Assembly (NCBI GenBank): GCA_963748615.1
Contig: CAVVJQ010000002.1
Coordinates: 259,240 to 323,239, forward strand
DNA length: 64,000 nt
Reading direction: 5' to 3'
From: an uncultured Thermoplasmata archaeon
GTDB lineage: Archaea; Thermoplasmatota; Thermoplasmata; UBA10834
A program made the position numbers and the translations under genes. Shown here one piece after another: positions 36,554 through 47,948 of this stretch; the stretch's first letter is position 1, and every line of letters starts with the position of its first letter. The notes beneath the pieces are model-generated. The model did no database searches, had not been told where the DNA came from, and worked only from the letters and a program-made list of their open reading frames with translations.

Positions 36554-37984
36554 ATGCGAGAGCTGGAGGTTTTCTTCAAGCCGAGATCGGTCGCTGTGAT
36601 AGGTGCCACCCCGACCCCTGGGAAGATAGGTAATATCGTGATAGAGAACCTCTACGGGGAGGGATACGATGGTAAGATACACTTCGTGAACCCGAACTAC
36701 GATGAGATACTGGGGATGCCGTGTTATCCGAAGATAACCGACTGTCCCGACGGCGTGGATCTCGCCGTCATCGTCGTCCCCGCGAAGATAGTCCCCGATG
36801 TTCTTGAGCAGGCTGGGAGGAAGAAGGTCAGAGGGGCGGTGGTAATATCCGCCGGCTTCTCGGAAGGCGACCAGGAGGGACGGGACAGAGAGAACCTCAT
36901 CCTGAAGATATCCAAGAAACACAAGATGAGGATAGTGGGGCCCAATTCCCTCGGAGTGATCTCACCACATCATAAGATGAACGCGTCTTTCGCCAGGACC
37001 TCGCCATTGAAGGGGCCGATTGCGTTCTTCTCGCAGAGCGGCGCATTCTGCACCGCGGCGATAGAATACTCAGTGAGGGAGATGCTCGGATTCTCGGCAT
37101 TCGTCAGCTCTGGAAACAAGGCAGACGTAGGAGATTCGGATCTGGTGGATTACTTCGCATCAGACAAGAAGACCACCTGCATCGCGGCGTACATGGAATC
37201 GACCAAGGACGGGCACGCGCTCTTCGACTCGCTCAAGAGAGCCTCCAAGAAGAAGCCGATTGTGATCCTCAAGGCGGGGAGGACCGAGAGGGGAGCTGCA
37301 GCAGCCAAGTCGCACACCGGTGCTCTGGCCGGTTCCGATTCCGCTTATGATGGGGCGTTCAGGCAGACCGGCGTATACAGGGCCAAGACCATGTTCGAGC
37401 TGTTCGATGCGGCCCAGGCGCTCGCCAACCAGCCGCCCATGAAAGGAGAAGGCGTTGCAATCGTCACGAATGCTGGAGGCATGGGAGTGATCGCGACGGA
37501 TTTCGCATTCGATATGAATCTCAAGCTCGCGGAGCTGTCCGATGAGACGCTCCAAGACATCGGAAAGGCTTGTCCACCGACCTGGAGCTGGGGGAACCCG
37601 ATCGACATCATAGGGGACGCGGATACTTCCAGATACGCCAAGGTCCTAACCGCGGTGGGCAAGGCACCGGAGGTCAAGGCGATAATGGTGATAGCTGCGA
37701 GACAGGCCGCGACGAACCTGTTCCAGATAGCCAAATGGATATCGATCACATCGAAGTTGAGCGGCAAGCCGACGGTCGCGTGTTTTGCCGGCATCTTCGA
37801 TCAGGAATCGGAACAGTATCTTGATTCGAGGGGGATACCGGTCATGTCTGTCCCTGAGAGAGGGATCACCGCATTGCATGCACTCTCCGAGCGAGGAAAG
37901 TGGCTTGACAAGATGGGCATCGATCACCCCGAGCCGAAGAAGAACGGCGACCGGCCTGAGAAAGGCAAGGGCAGGACCAAGTAG
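36554..37984 (+). CDS. ADP-forming acetyl-CoA synthetase alpha subunit-like CoA-binding protein
   Basis: FKPRSVAVIGATPTPGKIG CoA-binding start and KSHTGALAGS phosphohistidine loop. ATG 36554 preferred over TTG 36545. No beta subunit adjacent. Confidence 0.8.
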   Translation: MRELEVFFKPRSVAVIGATPTPGKIGNIVIENLYGEGYDGKIHFVNPNYDEILGMPCYPKITDCPDGVDLAVIVVPAKIVPDVLEQAGRKKVRGAVVISAGFSEGDQEGRDRENLILKISKKHKMRIVGPNSLGVISPHHKMNASFARTSPLKGPIAFFSQSGAFCTAAIEYSVREMLGFSAFVSSGNKADVGDSDLVDYFASDKKTTCIAAYMESTKDGHALFDSLKRASKKKPIVILKAGRTERGAAAAKSHTGALAGSDSAYDGAFRQTGVYRAKTMFELFDAAQALANQPPMKGEGVAIVTNAGGMGVIATDFAFDMNLKLAELSDETLQDIGKACPPTWSWGNPIDIIGDADTSRYAKVLTAVGKAPEVKAIMVIAARQAATNLFQIAKWISITSKLSGKPTVACFAGIFDQESEQYLDSRGIPVMSVPERGITALHALSERGKWLDKMGIDHPEPKKNGDRPEKGKGRTK

Positions 37985-38007
37985 GAGGAAGTCCAGGAGG
38001 AGATGGT

Positions 38008-39342
38008 ATGGCGAAACCTACTAAGGAGGAGCTTCTCGACATAGTCGAGAAGGAGGAGGTAGAATTCATAGAATTCCAGTTCATGGACATCTTGGGCACC
38101 GTCAAGTGCATGTCCGTGCCGGTCGCCAGGATGGAGCGGGCGCTCGACGAAGGGATATTGTTCGACGGATCGTCCATAGTCGGCTATGCGACTATCGACG
38201 AGTCCGATATGCGAGCGCATCCGGACCATGACACATTCCTGATATTCCCATGGACAGAGGGGCGGATGAAGACTGCGAGGATGATATGTGACATCTTCAC
38301 GATAGACGGCAAGAGGTTCCGAGGAGACCCGAGATACGTACTCCAACGACAGATGGACAAGGCGAAGGAGGCGGGGTTCATATTCAACACCGGCCCAGAG
38401 TTCGAGTTCTTCCTTTTCAAGCTGGATGAACATGGTGAGCCGACAACCACCCCCACCGACCACGGAGGCTACTTCGACCTGTTGCCCTTGGATCAGGCAG
38501 AACGCGTCAGAAAGGAGACCGCTCTTTATCTAGACCAACTCAAGTTCAACGTGGAGAGGACCACACACGAGGTGTCTCCAGGACAGCACGAGATAGACCT
38601 GAGATACGACAATGCGCTCTCGATAGCTGACAGGATCCTGATGCTCAAGCACGCGATCAAGACGGTAGCGCTGCAGCACCATCTCTGGGCCACATTCATG
38701 CCCAAACCCGTGTACGGTGTGAACGGAAGTGGGATGCATGTGCACCAGTCATTATTCACTATCGATGGCGAGAACGCGTTCTACGACCCTGAAGCGAAGA
38801 ACGAACTCTCGAAAACGATGACCCGATACACGGCTGGGATACTGAACCACGCCAAGGATAACTGCGCGATCCTGAACTCTTGGGTCAATTCGTACAAGAG
38901 GATAGTCCCAGGATTCGAGGCACCTGCCTATATATCATGGGCAAACAGGAACAGGAGCGCGCTGGTCCGCGTCCCTGCCGGTCGAGGAGCCGCCACGAGG
39001 ATAGAGGTGAGGAACCCAGATCCCGCCGGCAATCCGTATCTGCAGTTCGCCGTGATGCTTGCATCCGGTCTAGATGGCATCAAGAAGAGACTGGACCCAC
39101 CGGACCCTGTTGAGAAGGACCTGTACGTGATGTCGCAGAAGGACCGGGAGAAGAACGGGATAGAATCCCTGCCTGCGAACTTGGGCCATGCCCTGAGCTA
39201 TTTCGCGAAGAGCGAATTGATGAAGGACACCTTGGGAGAACACGCGTTCAACCACTTCATCGTGATCAAGCAGAGGGAGTGGGACACTTACAGGACCCAG
39301 GTCACCAGATGGGAGATCGAGAACTACCTCAAGGTGCTCTAG
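38008..39342 (+). CDS. glnA: Glutamine synthetase type I
   Basis: 444 aa, conserved GS beta-grasp and catalytic domains (GSGMHVHQS, NSYKRIVPGFEAP). Confidence 0.95.
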   Translation: MAKPTKEELLDIVEKEEVEFIEFQFMDILGTVKCMSVPVARMERALDEGILFDGSSIVGYATIDESDMRAHPDHDTFLIFPWTEGRMKTARMICDIFTIDGKRFRGDPRYVLQRQMDKAKEAGFIFNTGPEFEFFLFKLDEHGEPTTTPTDHGGYFDLLPLDQAERVRKETALYLDQLKFNVERTTHEVSPGQHEIDLRYDNALSIADRILMLKHAIKTVALQHHLWATFMPKPVYGVNGSGMHVHQSLFTIDGENAFYDPEAKNELSKTMTRYTAGILNHAKDNCAILNSWVNSYKRIVPGFEAPAYISWANRNRSALVRVPAGRGAATRIEVRNPDPAGNPYLQFAVMLASGLDGIKKRLDPPDPVEKDLYVMSQKDREKNGIESLPANLGHALSYFAKSELMKDTLGEHAFNHFIVIKQREWDTYRTQVTRWEIENYLKVL

Positions 39343-39468
39343 CCGAAAAGATCCGTGATGATGATCGCATAACCGATCCCTAGGAACACCAGACTTACCC
39401 AGAATGCGATGTAGAAGAGTTTGATGAGTCTCGCCCTATCGTGGAATATATCGAACAGTCGCAAGTCC

Positions 39469-40110
39469 TCAGGCCTCGGTCTTCGCAGCGGTCTTGTTCT
39501 TGATCCGCTTCAAACGGAATATGTTGTCACGCTCCAACTCCTCCAGCCTGAATCTGATGAAACGCTCGATCTCCTCCAGCTCCGGCAAGACCTTGAACTC
39601 CAGGGCGTTCACTCGCCTCTTCGTCCTCTCGATCTCCTCCAGGAGCTTCTTCATCGTGGTCTCCAGTTCGGCCGCCTTCACGACCGTCTCGACCAGCTTC
39701 TCGTAGGCATCCGCGGCCTCGTCGATCCTTGGGGACGTCCCTATGATCCCGTAGCCTCTCTCGTCGAGCGGCGCCACGATACGGGATGATTTTATCTCGG
39801 GGACCACTACTCCCATCAGGTTCCTGCTGCGGAGCTGGATCTCGGGGTGCACCGTGAGGGCGTAGGCGGCCGACCGGACCGCGATCACCCCGTCCACCGC
39901 GGACGCGATGGCGATCGTCTCCTTCGCCGTCTTGTAAAGCTGCGCGATCTCCTGTCTCAAGTCCTTCGCCTGATCGAGTATGTTGAAGAACTCCAGGATG
40001 AGACCGTCCCTCTTCAGCTTGAGGATCTTGTGTCCGTTCTTGGTCAGCCTGATCTTCCTCGTGGTCTCGAGCAGTTCCGACCTGGTAGGCTGTATTTCTC
40101 TGACGGCCAT
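39469..40110 (-). CDS. atpD: A-type ATP synthase subunit D
   Basis: 213 aa coiled-coil protein at the 3' end of the atp operon. PTRSELLETTRKIRL start. Confidence 0.9.
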   Translation of the reverse strand: MAVREIQPTRSELLETTRKIRLTKNGHKILKLKRDGLILEFFNILDQAKDLRQEIAQLYKTAKETIAIASAVDGVIAVRSAAYALTVHPEIQLRSRNLMGVVVPEIKSSRIVAPLDERGYGIIGTSPRIDEAADAYEKLVETVVKAAELETTMKKLLEEIERTKRRVNALEFKVLPELEEIERFIRFRLEELERDNIFRLKRIKNKTAAKTEA

Positions 40111-40116
40111 CTGAAC

Positions 40117-41496
40117 TCACTTCTTCTTGTTCGCGGGGTGATACTTTTCGATGAACTTCCTGTCGATCTTCGTCAGGGAATCTATCGGAAGCACCGAGAG
40201 CAGTTCCCAGCCGAGGTCCAGCGTTTGGTCTATTGTCCTGTCCTCGTCCTTGGCCTGACGGATGAACCTGTTCTCGAAGGATTCTGCGAAGTTCAGGAAT
40301 TTTCTGTCCCTATCGGACAGTGCCTCCTTGCCCACGATCGCAACGAGCCCTCTCAGATCCCTGCCCTCGGCATAGGCGGCATAGAGCTGATCGGATACCG
40401 CTCGATGGTCCTCCCTCGTACGACCGGGACCGATGCCTTGGCCCATCAGACGCGACAACGATCGCTCCACTGCGACCGGCGGATAAATGCCCTGCCGGTG
40501 CAGCTCCCTGGAAGCCACGATCTGTCCTTCCGTTATGTATCCGGTCAGATCGGGTATCGGATGAGTTATGTCATCGCCCGGCATGGACAGTATGGGGAAC
40601 TGCGTGATCGACCCGGCCTTGCCCTTTATCCTACCAGCACGCTCGTACATGCCCGCCAAATCGGTGTACATGTACCCAGGATAACCTCTTCGGGCAGGGA
40701 CCTCCTCCCTTGCCGCACCGATCTGTCTGAGCGCTTCGCAATAGTTGGTGATATCAGTCAGAATGACCAACACGTGCATCCCGAGATCGAATGCGAGGTA
40801 TTCTGCAGTCGTCAGTGCGAGCTTCGGCGTGAGCAGCCTCTCGATCGCGGGATCGTCCGCGAGGTTGAGGAACACGACCGCTCGCTTGAGCGCACCCGTC
40901 CTCTCGAAATCCTTCATGAAGTACTGCGCCTCTTCGCTCGTTATACCCATGGCTGCGAAGACGACGGCGAACTCCTCTTTCTCACCCAGCACCTTGGCCT
41001 GTCTCGCGATCTGCAGAGCGATGTCATTGTGCGGAAGACCGGATCCTGAGAAGATGGGCAGCTTCTGTCCTCGGACCAGTGTGTTCATGCCGTCGATCGA
41101 TGAGATACCTGTCTGGATGAACTCCTGAGGATTGTCTCTGGCATATGGATTGATTGCCGCACCGATTATCTCGAGTCGCTTCTCGGGGATGATAGGTGGG
41201 CCTTTGTCCAGCGGATCGCCCGAGCCGGAAAGTATCCTTCCGAGCATATCCTTTGAGACCGGCATCTTGACGGTCTCGCCCAGAAATTTGACGCCCGACG
41301 AACGGTTGATGCCACCAGTGCCCTCGAAGACCTGGACGACGACCACGTCGTTGGATGTGTCGAGGACCTGCCCCCTCTTGGTGGAACCGTCTGGCAAGCT
41401 GATCGAGACCAATTCTCCATATGATATGGGCTCGGTCTTCTTGACGAACACTAGAGGCCCTGCGACCTGACTTATCGTGTGGTATTCCTTGACCAT
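40117..41496 (-). CDS. atpB: A-type ATP synthase subunit B
   Basis: 459 aa, highly conserved non-catalytic subunit. Confidence 0.95.
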   Translation of the reverse strand: MVKEYHTISQVAGPLVFVKKTEPISYGELVSISLPDGSTKRGQVLDTSNDVVVVQVFEGTGGINRSSGVKFLGETVKMPVSKDMLGRILSGSGDPLDKGPPIIPEKRLEIIGAAINPYARDNPQEFIQTGISSIDGMNTLVRGQKLPIFSGSGLPHNDIALQIARQAKVLGEKEEFAVVFAAMGITSEEAQYFMKDFERTGALKRAVVFLNLADDPAIERLLTPKLALTTAEYLAFDLGMHVLVILTDITNYCEALRQIGAAREEVPARRGYPGYMYTDLAGMYERAGRIKGKAGSITQFPILSMPGDDITHPIPDLTGYITEGQIVASRELHRQGIYPPVAVERSLSRLMGQGIGPGRTREDHRAVSDQLYAAYAEGRDLRGLVAIVGKEALSDRDRKFLNFAESFENRFIRQAKDEDRTIDQTLDLGWELLSVLPIDSLTKIDRKFIEKYHPANKKK

Positions 41497-41500
41497 TGCA

Positions 41501-43246
41501 TCACACCCCCAGCTCCGAGAACTGCCTATCCATCTCTCCGAGGATCGCCTTGAGGTCCTTGTCGATCGTCTCTTCGAACTTCAGTTTGCCGAGGTCGGAC
41601 CTTACCTTGAGGGAGATGACCTTCTCCAAGGGCACCTCCAGCGCCAGAGCCTTCTTGGCAAGCTCTGCATATCTGCGGATCGCGTTCATGTAGTCATATT
41701 GACGTCTCAACGGACTGTATGTATCCACAGCGTGGTAGGCACTCTGTTGCAGGAAGAACTCCCTGATCATCCTAGCGACCTCCAGGGTCAACCTCTGTTC
41801 GTCCGGCAGCGCATCTGACCCGACCAGTTGGACGATCTCCTGCAGCTCGGACTCCTTCTGGAGATTGTCCATGGCCCAGAGCCTGAGCGGATTCCAATCT
41901 TCTGCGACGTTACGGCTGTACCATTCTTCCAGGATCGGGCTGTACAGGCTGTAAGAGGTCAGCCAGTTGATCGCAGGGAAATGTCTCCTTTCTCTGAGCT
42001 TGGAGTCGAGTGCCCAGAAGACCTTCACGATCCTGAGGGTGTTCTGAGTGACCGGCTCGCTGAAATCCCCGCCGGATGGCGAGACTGCACCGATGACCGA
42101 TATGGATCCGGTCGGTCCTGCGAGTGTGTTGACGCGACCACACCGCTCATAGAATTCTGATAATCTCGATGCGAGATAGGCGGGATATCCTTCCTCACCG
42201 GGCATCTCCTCGAGTCTGGACGATATCTCTCTCATAGCTTCGGCCCATCTAGATGTCGAATCTGCCATCAGAGAGACATCGTATCCCATGTCCCTGTAGT
42301 ATTCAGCGACAGTGATACCGGTGTAGACGGATGCTTCTCGCGCGGCGACTGGCATGTTCGACGTGTTCGCGATGAGGATCGTCCTGCCCATCAATGGTTT
42401 CCCACTCTTTGGGTCCTCGAGTTCAGGGAATGTCGTGAGCACCTCGGTCATCTCGTTTCCGCGTTCGCCACATCCGACATAGACCACGATCTGCGCATCG
42501 CTCCATTTGGATAGTTGCTGCGATGTGACCGTCTTCCCGGTTCCGAATCCGCCGGGGATGGCGGCAGTTCCACCCTTCGCCAATGGGAAGAGCATGTCAA
42601 GGACCCTCTGACCGGTGACGAGTGGAATGTCAGGAAGAAGCTTCTCAACATATGGCCTCGATGCCCTGACTGGCCACCTCTGCAACATCATGATCTTGTG
42701 GCCGGAGTCGAGCTCACCGATGATCTCCTCGATGGTGAAATCTCCCTCGGAAATGCTAACTACCTTACCCTTCACACTCGGGGGAAGCATGATCTTGTGT
42801 ACGATGTTCCCTTCTGGAACCTCGCCCACGATCATGCCGCCATGAAGGTCGTCACCCTTCTTCACGGTCGGCTCGAACTTCCATTTCTTAGTTCGGTCGA
42901 GACCCGGAGCGGTCACTCCTCGGGACACGAAATCGCCTTGCTTGTCCCTCAGGACGGGCAGTGGTCTCTGGACGCCGTCATAGATGCTCGATAGCAGTCC
43001 GGGGCCCAACTCCACCTGCAGAGGGGCGCCTGTGTCGACGACCTCCTCACCAGGGCGGATGCCCGATGTGTCCTCATAGACCTGGATGACTGTCTTGTCG
43101 CCCACGAGCTTGATGACCTCGCCCATGAGTTTCATCTCGCCGACTAGCACGACGTCGTACATCCTGGGCGAGATGCCCTCGGCAGTCACCACTGGACCTG
43201 CGACTCTGCTGATCTTTCCTTTCATCTCATCCGCCATACGGAACAC
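41501..43246 (-). CDS. atpA: A-type ATP synthase catalytic subunit A
   Basis: 581 aa with Walker A GGFGTGKT. No intein. Confidence 0.95.
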   Translation of the reverse strand: MFRMADEMKGKISRVAGPVVTAEGISPRMYDVVLVGEMKLMGEVIKLVGDKTVIQVYEDTSGIRPGEEVVDTGAPLQVELGPGLLSSIYDGVQRPLPVLRDKQGDFVSRGVTAPGLDRTKKWKFEPTVKKGDDLHGGMIVGEVPEGNIVHKIMLPPSVKGKVVSISEGDFTIEEIIGELDSGHKIMMLQRWPVRASRPYVEKLLPDIPLVTGQRVLDMLFPLAKGGTAAIPGGFGTGKTVTSQQLSKWSDAQIVVYVGCGERGNEMTEVLTTFPELEDPKSGKPLMGRTILIANTSNMPVAAREASVYTGITVAEYYRDMGYDVSLMADSTSRWAEAMREISSRLEEMPGEEGYPAYLASRLSEFYERCGRVNTLAGPTGSISVIGAVSPSGGDFSEPVTQNTLRIVKVFWALDSKLRERRHFPAINWLTSYSLYSPILEEWYSRNVAEDWNPLRLWAMDNLQKESELQEIVQLVGSDALPDEQRLTLEVARMIREFFLQQSAYHAVDTYSPLRRQYDYMNAIRRYAELAKKALALEVPLEKVISLKVRSDLGKLKFEETIDKDLKAILGEMDRQFSELGV

Positions 43247-43252
43247 TTCCTC

Positions 43253-43552
43253 TCACTTCGTCTTGTAAAGGTCGATTCCCATCGCCCTTCTGATCTTGTC
43301 TCTCATGTCGCCTTCTTCCTCACCGACGGGGATGACCACGGGATCCATGCTTGCCATCATCCTGTCGCGCAGCGGCTGAGGCAGCCTCTCGACATCCTTC
43401 GAGTCGACTGCTAGTATACCGACGCTCTTCTCCTCCAACAGCTGCAATATCGTCTCCTGCAACTTGTCAGGTTCAACGCCGTACACCATCCTTATCCCAG
43501 CGAGTCTGAAGCCGACGACGAATTCCTCAGACCCCACAACTGCGATCTCCAT
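43253..43552 (-). CDS. atpF: A-type ATP synthase subunit F
   Basis: 99 aa. MEIAVVGSEEFVVGFRLAGI start. Operon position. Confidence 0.85.
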   Translation of the reverse strand: MEIAVVGSEEFVVGFRLAGIRMVYGVEPDKLQETILQLLEEKSVGILAVDSKDVERLPQPLRDRMMASMDPVVIPVGEEEGDMRDKIRRAMGIDLYKTK

Positions 43553-44623
43553 TCATATCACCAATAGCTCTTCGATCACTTTGCTGGAGAGGCCGCTCTC
43601 TTTTCCTCTCGCAATTATCCTGATATTGTCCACTTCCACCTTCTTCCGTATCATGTAGTTCACAATAGGGAGCACGGATAGGGGATAGAAATGGGAGAAC
43701 TTTTCACTCTGGCCAATCAACGATTTGTCCAATGCTATAGTGAGGGTGGACATGTGCGCATCTGCCCTATATCGTTCCAATGCCGGCCGGAACTCCTCGA
43801 ACAATGAGGATTTCTCCAGCTCTGCGACAATTGTCGATACGTCTCCACCCTGCGCGAGTGCCTTCAGCTTGTCTAGGCCATACTCGAATCCTCCGGGGAT
43901 CAGATATCTCTGGATGCGGTCCTCAGGTATCCGCTCGGCCTTGAGCTTCAACAAGACCTTGAGGTTGGTGACGTCCACCTCTCTCCTGATGAAGTCTCGT
44001 AGCAGGCGCTCAGGGTTCTTGGTCGGTTCGATCACGTCGAGCAGGTCGTAGTAGAGCATCTTATCCAGATGATCTTCCATCGGGGCGAGTTTGCCCAATT
44101 CGACAACGTCCCTCTGCATCTCTGGAGTCAATCTGAGAGCTGGTTGCTTCATGAGTGAATCTGTGATCTCCTGAAGAGAGGTCATCGCCACCAGAGTCTT
44201 CAGATATTCTTCGGAGAAAGCTCCCGCCGGGACGAGCGTGTCGATGATCTCGTCGTTGCCCGCTCGAGACACCTTCCCCCTCAGTATGGTCTTCACGTTG
44301 AATGTGTCCCATCGTCTCAGATAGTTGCCGACCATCTCGCGCAGATGTCCGGTCGTGAAAGCGAGTACATCGGAGTACGTGCTCGCGAGGCTCCTCGTCA
44401 CCGCGACTTCGACGAGGCTGGCCCCGTAGTACTTACCGCCATACATGGACATCTCCTCTCTGTATTGGGTCTCGCCGAGGAACCGGCCTATCTCGTGTAT
44501 GTCCATCACCATCATCCGGGAGTAGGTGTCCTTCGACAGGAGGAAACTCTTGCGCGCTTTCACTCGTGCGCATGCATATGCATAATTCCCTTTCCCGCCG
44601 AAGATCCTCATCCTAAATCTCAC
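43553..44623 (-). CDS. atpC: A-type ATP synthase subunit C
   Basis: 356 aa. GNYAYACARVKARKS start. Operon position. Confidence 0.85.
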   Translation of the reverse strand: MRFRMRIFGGKGNYAYACARVKARKSFLLSKDTYSRMMVMDIHEIGRFLGETQYREEMSMYGGKYYGASLVEVAVTRSLASTYSDVLAFTTGHLREMVGNYLRRWDTFNVKTILRGKVSRAGNDEIIDTLVPAGAFSEEYLKTLVAMTSLQEITDSLMKQPALRLTPEMQRDVVELGKLAPMEDHLDKMLYYDLLDVIEPTKNPERLLRDFIRREVDVTNLKVLLKLKAERIPEDRIQRYLIPGGFEYGLDKLKALAQGGDVSTIVAELEKSSLFEEFRPALERYRADAHMSTLTIALDKSLIGQSEKFSHFYPLSVLPIVNYMIRKKVEVDNIRIIARGKESGLSSKVIEELLVI

Positions 44624-45177
44624 CCGAACAGGTTGGAGTATATCTCCTGTATCTTGTTATTCCACACGCCCTCGAGAATGCTCTCGAACCTGTAGTCGAG
44701 TCTGACACTACGGTCCTTGCTCTCGAAGACGAGACCGCCCATGCACTCTATCACACCACCATCTGTCACGCCTGCGATGGGCCTCAAGAGAGCTTTGTCT
44801 GCGGAATTGGAGTACACATAGCATGCCCCCAATTCCTTCTTGCCGTTCTGCATGAGTCGGCCATACAGCTTCTTGCGCTTATCCTCAGGATAGTTCGCCA
44901 ACTCGACCAGAACCTGCGCTCTGAGCTCCTCCATCACACGCATCTGTGCTGCCAGGAGTGCCTTCTTTGCTTCGAGTTCACCGCTGGATAGCTCCTGCTG
45001 CTCCATCTGTGCGATGACATTCTTGGCTCGCCGCTCGGCATTCTCGCGGTGCTCCGCAATCAGGGCACTGGTCTGTGCCAACTGCTCATCCCGCTCGCGC
45101 TCCCCTTGGCGAATTATCTCGCTCTTCTGCTCCTCGCCTCGGCGAAGGATGTCCTCGACTACCTTGTCCAAGCCCAT
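44620..45177 (-). CDS. atpE: A-type ATP synthase subunit E
   Basis: 185 aa with a charged helical N-terminus. Operon position. Confidence 0.8.
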   Translation of the reverse strand: MGLDKVVEDILRRGEEQKSEIIRQGERERDEQLAQTSALIAEHRENAERRAKNVIAQMEQQELSSGELEAKKALLAAQMRVMEELRAQVLVELANYPEDKRKKLYGRLMQNGKKELGACYVYSNSADKALLRPIAGVTDGGVIECMGGLVFESKDRSVRLDYRFESILEGVWNNKIQEIYSNLFG

Positions 45178-45241
45178 AGTTCTTCAACTCCGCAGACCGC
45201 CTGGGTCGTCTAGCATACCATTCATTCAGATCTTCGATGTC

Positions 45242-45463
45242 TCATGCGTTCATTATCAGGAATGCAACGACGAAACCGAGGATGACTATGGTCTCGGGCA
45301 GAACCATGAGGATCATACCCTTTCCGAACATCTTCGGGTTCTCCGCGGTCGCACCGACCGCTGCCGCGCCTACCTGTCCTTGGGCGATGCCGGTTCCGAT
45401 ACCTGCTGCGCCTATCGCGATACCTGCGCCGACCAACGCCATTCCCATTTGTGTTGGGTCCAT
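45242..45463 (-). CDS. atpK: A-type ATP synthase proteolipid subunit K (single hairpin)
   Basis: 73 aa with two TM helices. Gly-rich helix 1 and conserved Glu in PETIVILGF. Confidence 0.85.
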   Translation of the reverse strand: MDPTQMGMALVGAGIAIGAAGIGTGIAQGQVGAAAVGATAENPKMFGKGMILMVLPETIVILGFVVAFLIMNA

Positions 45464-45475
45464 TTTCCTACCTCC

Positions 45476-47467
45476 TTATTTCGTTTCGACCGAGTACTTC
45501 CTCACGTATTTGAGAGGGGAGAATTCCGTCCCACCGCCCTCGAAGAACTTGAGGAAGAATTCAACATAGTTCAATCTGATAGCTTGGATACCTGCGGACA
45601 ACGCCCCGAGGAAGAAGACGAAGAACATCTGGGTCACGAACAGGGCGAGTGCGCCCAGGACGATGAATGCGATATTGTGACTCTCAAATATCAGAGGGAA
45701 GAGCATGGTGTTGAACGCAAGCGCCATGGCACCCTTGCCTACTGCGAGAGCGGCCAGTCTGGTATATGAGACCAGATTCGTGAACAGCCCTATGATCTCC
45801 GTCATGGCCAGAGGCCCTTCGGTCAAGGGGAGCGCCACCACGCCGATCAGGATCAACACGATCGCCGGAATAGATACTGGGATCCCGGTCAGAGTTGTGG
45901 TCATATCAGGCAATGGACTGAGGATGGTGCCATTGATGAACTCGCTCGTGGCAGTCGCGGAACCTGCGACCGTCATCATCTCGATGAACAGACCAAAGAG
46001 CAGGAAGAGCCACGCGACCTTTGCCAGCGCGTGCTTCTTATTGTGATGATATTGATTCACGAACCCGAGTATGAAGCCGGCTGTGAGGTGCACCCATCCT
46101 GCAAGCAGCGACAACGCGAGCATCTCCTTAATGTCGTGCATCTTGTCCAGCAACGGATGTATCGGAATGCTCGCGACTGATTCCCATGAGTGCTCGTCCG
46201 GGTTGGCCGCTGGTGGATGGAATGGGACTCCGAATGCTTCGGCGAACACGAACAGGCCGAACAGGCTCGCCATCAGACCGCTGACGATGATGATCGTGCC
46301 GAGCATCTTCAGGTCTGGCGAATCCTTGAGCTTGAATCTCATGAAGGCGCCGAGCGCCATTAGTCCCAGCCCGAATCCGAGGTCGCCGATCATGAACCCG
46401 AAGAAGATAGGGAATGTGATGAACAGGATAAGCGTCGGGTCGATCTCGTCATACTTGGGAGTCGACACGAGATCAAGGAAGAACTCGAATGGTCTGACTG
46501 GCTTTGCGTTCTTCAACTTGACAGGAGGTTCGTCCCCCTTCTCACTCGGAAGGGTCTCCACGAAGGCAAGGCCGCAACATTGCCGGTTCAGGGCATCCTG
46601 AAGCATCTTGACCTTGCTGCTAGGGATCCATCCATCGATCACGAACGAATTCATCGTGGTCGCTATCTTCAGAGGCGTCTCCGCCTTGAGCACCTCGATA
46701 GACAGATGTTCCTCGGATGAGATGATGAGGCTGGCGAATTTCTTCCTGATGGCATCGAGGTCCGCCTCCGTCCGCTCAAGGTCCTTCTCGAGGTCCGCAA
46801 TCTCAGTCTTGTCCCTAGCAATGATATCTCCAGGGGCACCGGTCACCTGCGGTATCTTCGCCTCCTGGAACCCATGCGTGGTCAATATTCGCAGTGCTTC
46901 GGCCCGGTCCTCTGCTCTGACAAAGACTGCGACCGCGATATCGCTCTTACGCGGATTAGTGAACATCTCCGAATCACGGAGTTTGCTGTTGAACGCGTTC
47001 GTGGGATCGGTCGCGCAGAGACCTGCGAATGAGACGATCGATTCGTAGCCTCCGAGGTCTTCAATGGAGATCCCAAACGCTGTAAAAGGTTCGAGTGAGG
47101 CCATCTCGGCCCTCTTCTCGTGGATGAGTGACTGTATCCTCTGTCGGTCCTCGGCTTTCTTGGAAGTGTTGAGGTCGAGTGTTACGAGCGCCTGCTCCAA
47201 GGTCTTGGTGATCTCGGAGACGGGCATCTTCTCACGTGGCTTGTGCGGCTCTATCTCGAGCGCTCGGATCATCGACCGGAGCTTGATGAGTTTCTTCGAC
47301 GCATCCGACGCTTTTCCCAACGGTTGGCCGATCTTGAAGTCCTCATCCTGTTCGTTGAAATCGATGAGATGCAGTACTCCAAGCTCGTACAGACCCTCGA
47401 TCGTGACGTCGAGGCTCTCAATCGACCCGACTACCACCGCGCGGGTCATTTCTTCCGGCCTAAGCAT
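45476..47467 (-). CDS. atpI: A-type ATP synthase subunit I
   Basis: 663 aa with a cytoplasmic N-terminal half and a polytopic C-terminal half. Confidence 0.9.
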   Translation of the reverse strand: MLRPEEMTRAVVVGSIESLDVTIEGLYELGVLHLIDFNEQDEDFKIGQPLGKASDASKKLIKLRSMIRALEIEPHKPREKMPVSEITKTLEQALVTLDLNTSKKAEDRQRIQSLIHEKRAEMASLEPFTAFGISIEDLGGYESIVSFAGLCATDPTNAFNSKLRDSEMFTNPRKSDIAVAVFVRAEDRAEALRILTTHGFQEAKIPQVTGAPGDIIARDKTEIADLEKDLERTEADLDAIRKKFASLIISSEEHLSIEVLKAETPLKIATTMNSFVIDGWIPSSKVKMLQDALNRQCCGLAFVETLPSEKGDEPPVKLKNAKPVRPFEFFLDLVSTPKYDEIDPTLILFITFPIFFGFMIGDLGFGLGLMALGAFMRFKLKDSPDLKMLGTIIIVSGLMASLFGLFVFAEAFGVPFHPPAANPDEHSWESVASIPIHPLLDKMHDIKEMLALSLLAGWVHLTAGFILGFVNQYHHNKKHALAKVAWLFLLFGLFIEMMTVAGSATATSEFINGTILSPLPDMTTTLTGIPVSIPAIVLILIGVVALPLTEGPLAMTEIIGLFTNLVSYTRLAALAVGKGAMALAFNTMLFPLIFESHNIAFIVLGALALFVTQMFFVFFLGALSAGIQAIRLNYVEFFLKFFEGGGTEFSPLKYVRKYSVETK

Positions 47468-47786
47468 CTGCGGTCCTCTCGAACTCCGTTAGAACCAGCG
47501 CTCTGACGTTGCTCGAGTTGGCACGAGCGCGTGATTTCAGAGCCTCTGCCTTTCTGACACCTTCGGCGAGGATTGCCTTCTTCTTCGCATCGATGTCGTT
47601 CTTGGCATCTGCTATGCGGCGGTCGATCTGCTTTCTCAGCTCGGCGTCAGCAGCGTCAACCACGTCTATAGTCATCCGCTTTCCCTCGGCCTGCAGCGCT
47701 TTCCGCTTCTCTTCAGCCTGCTTGATCATCGCGCGGACCTGCTCCTCCGCGGTCTTGATCTTCTGGAGGATTTCTGCCTTCCCCAT
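47460..47786 (-). CDS. atpH: A-type ATP synthase subunit H
   Basis: From Met 53 of the ORF: MGKAEILQKIKTAEEQVRAMIKQAEEKRK..., a ~108 aa charged helix. First gene of the operon. Confidence 0.7.
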   Translation of the reverse strand: MGKAEILQKIKTAEEQVRAMIKQAEEKRKALQAEGKRMTIDVVDAADAELRKQIDRRIADAKNDIDAKKKAILAEGVRKAEALKSRARANSSNVRALVLTEFERTADA

Positions 47787-47948
47787 GAAAGCCACGTCAG
47801 TTTTTTGGATAACGGTCTTTTGCGGATAATGGTTTCGATGTACATCGACGATTGGATGAGCGGGATCCGGTAATCTGGCGACTGTTTTCGACATTCGACG
47901 GTTGGCACGAGGACTCATGCAGAGTCTAGAAGCAAAAAGCATGCCCTG

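Noticed and set aside
39847-41049. Long ORFs antisense to or out of frame with conserved genes. Examples: 39847..41049 within atpB/atpD, 12187..12912 within ahcY, 45014..45769 across the atpE-atpK-atpI region, 56145..57071 within the thiolase, 35195..36013 within polD, and 863..1291 and 880..1431 within the antiporter.
   Set aside because: They overlap genes with unambiguous conserved products. Their Arg/His/Pro/Ser-rich, low-complexity translations are typical of shadow ORFs in moderately GC-rich coding DNA.
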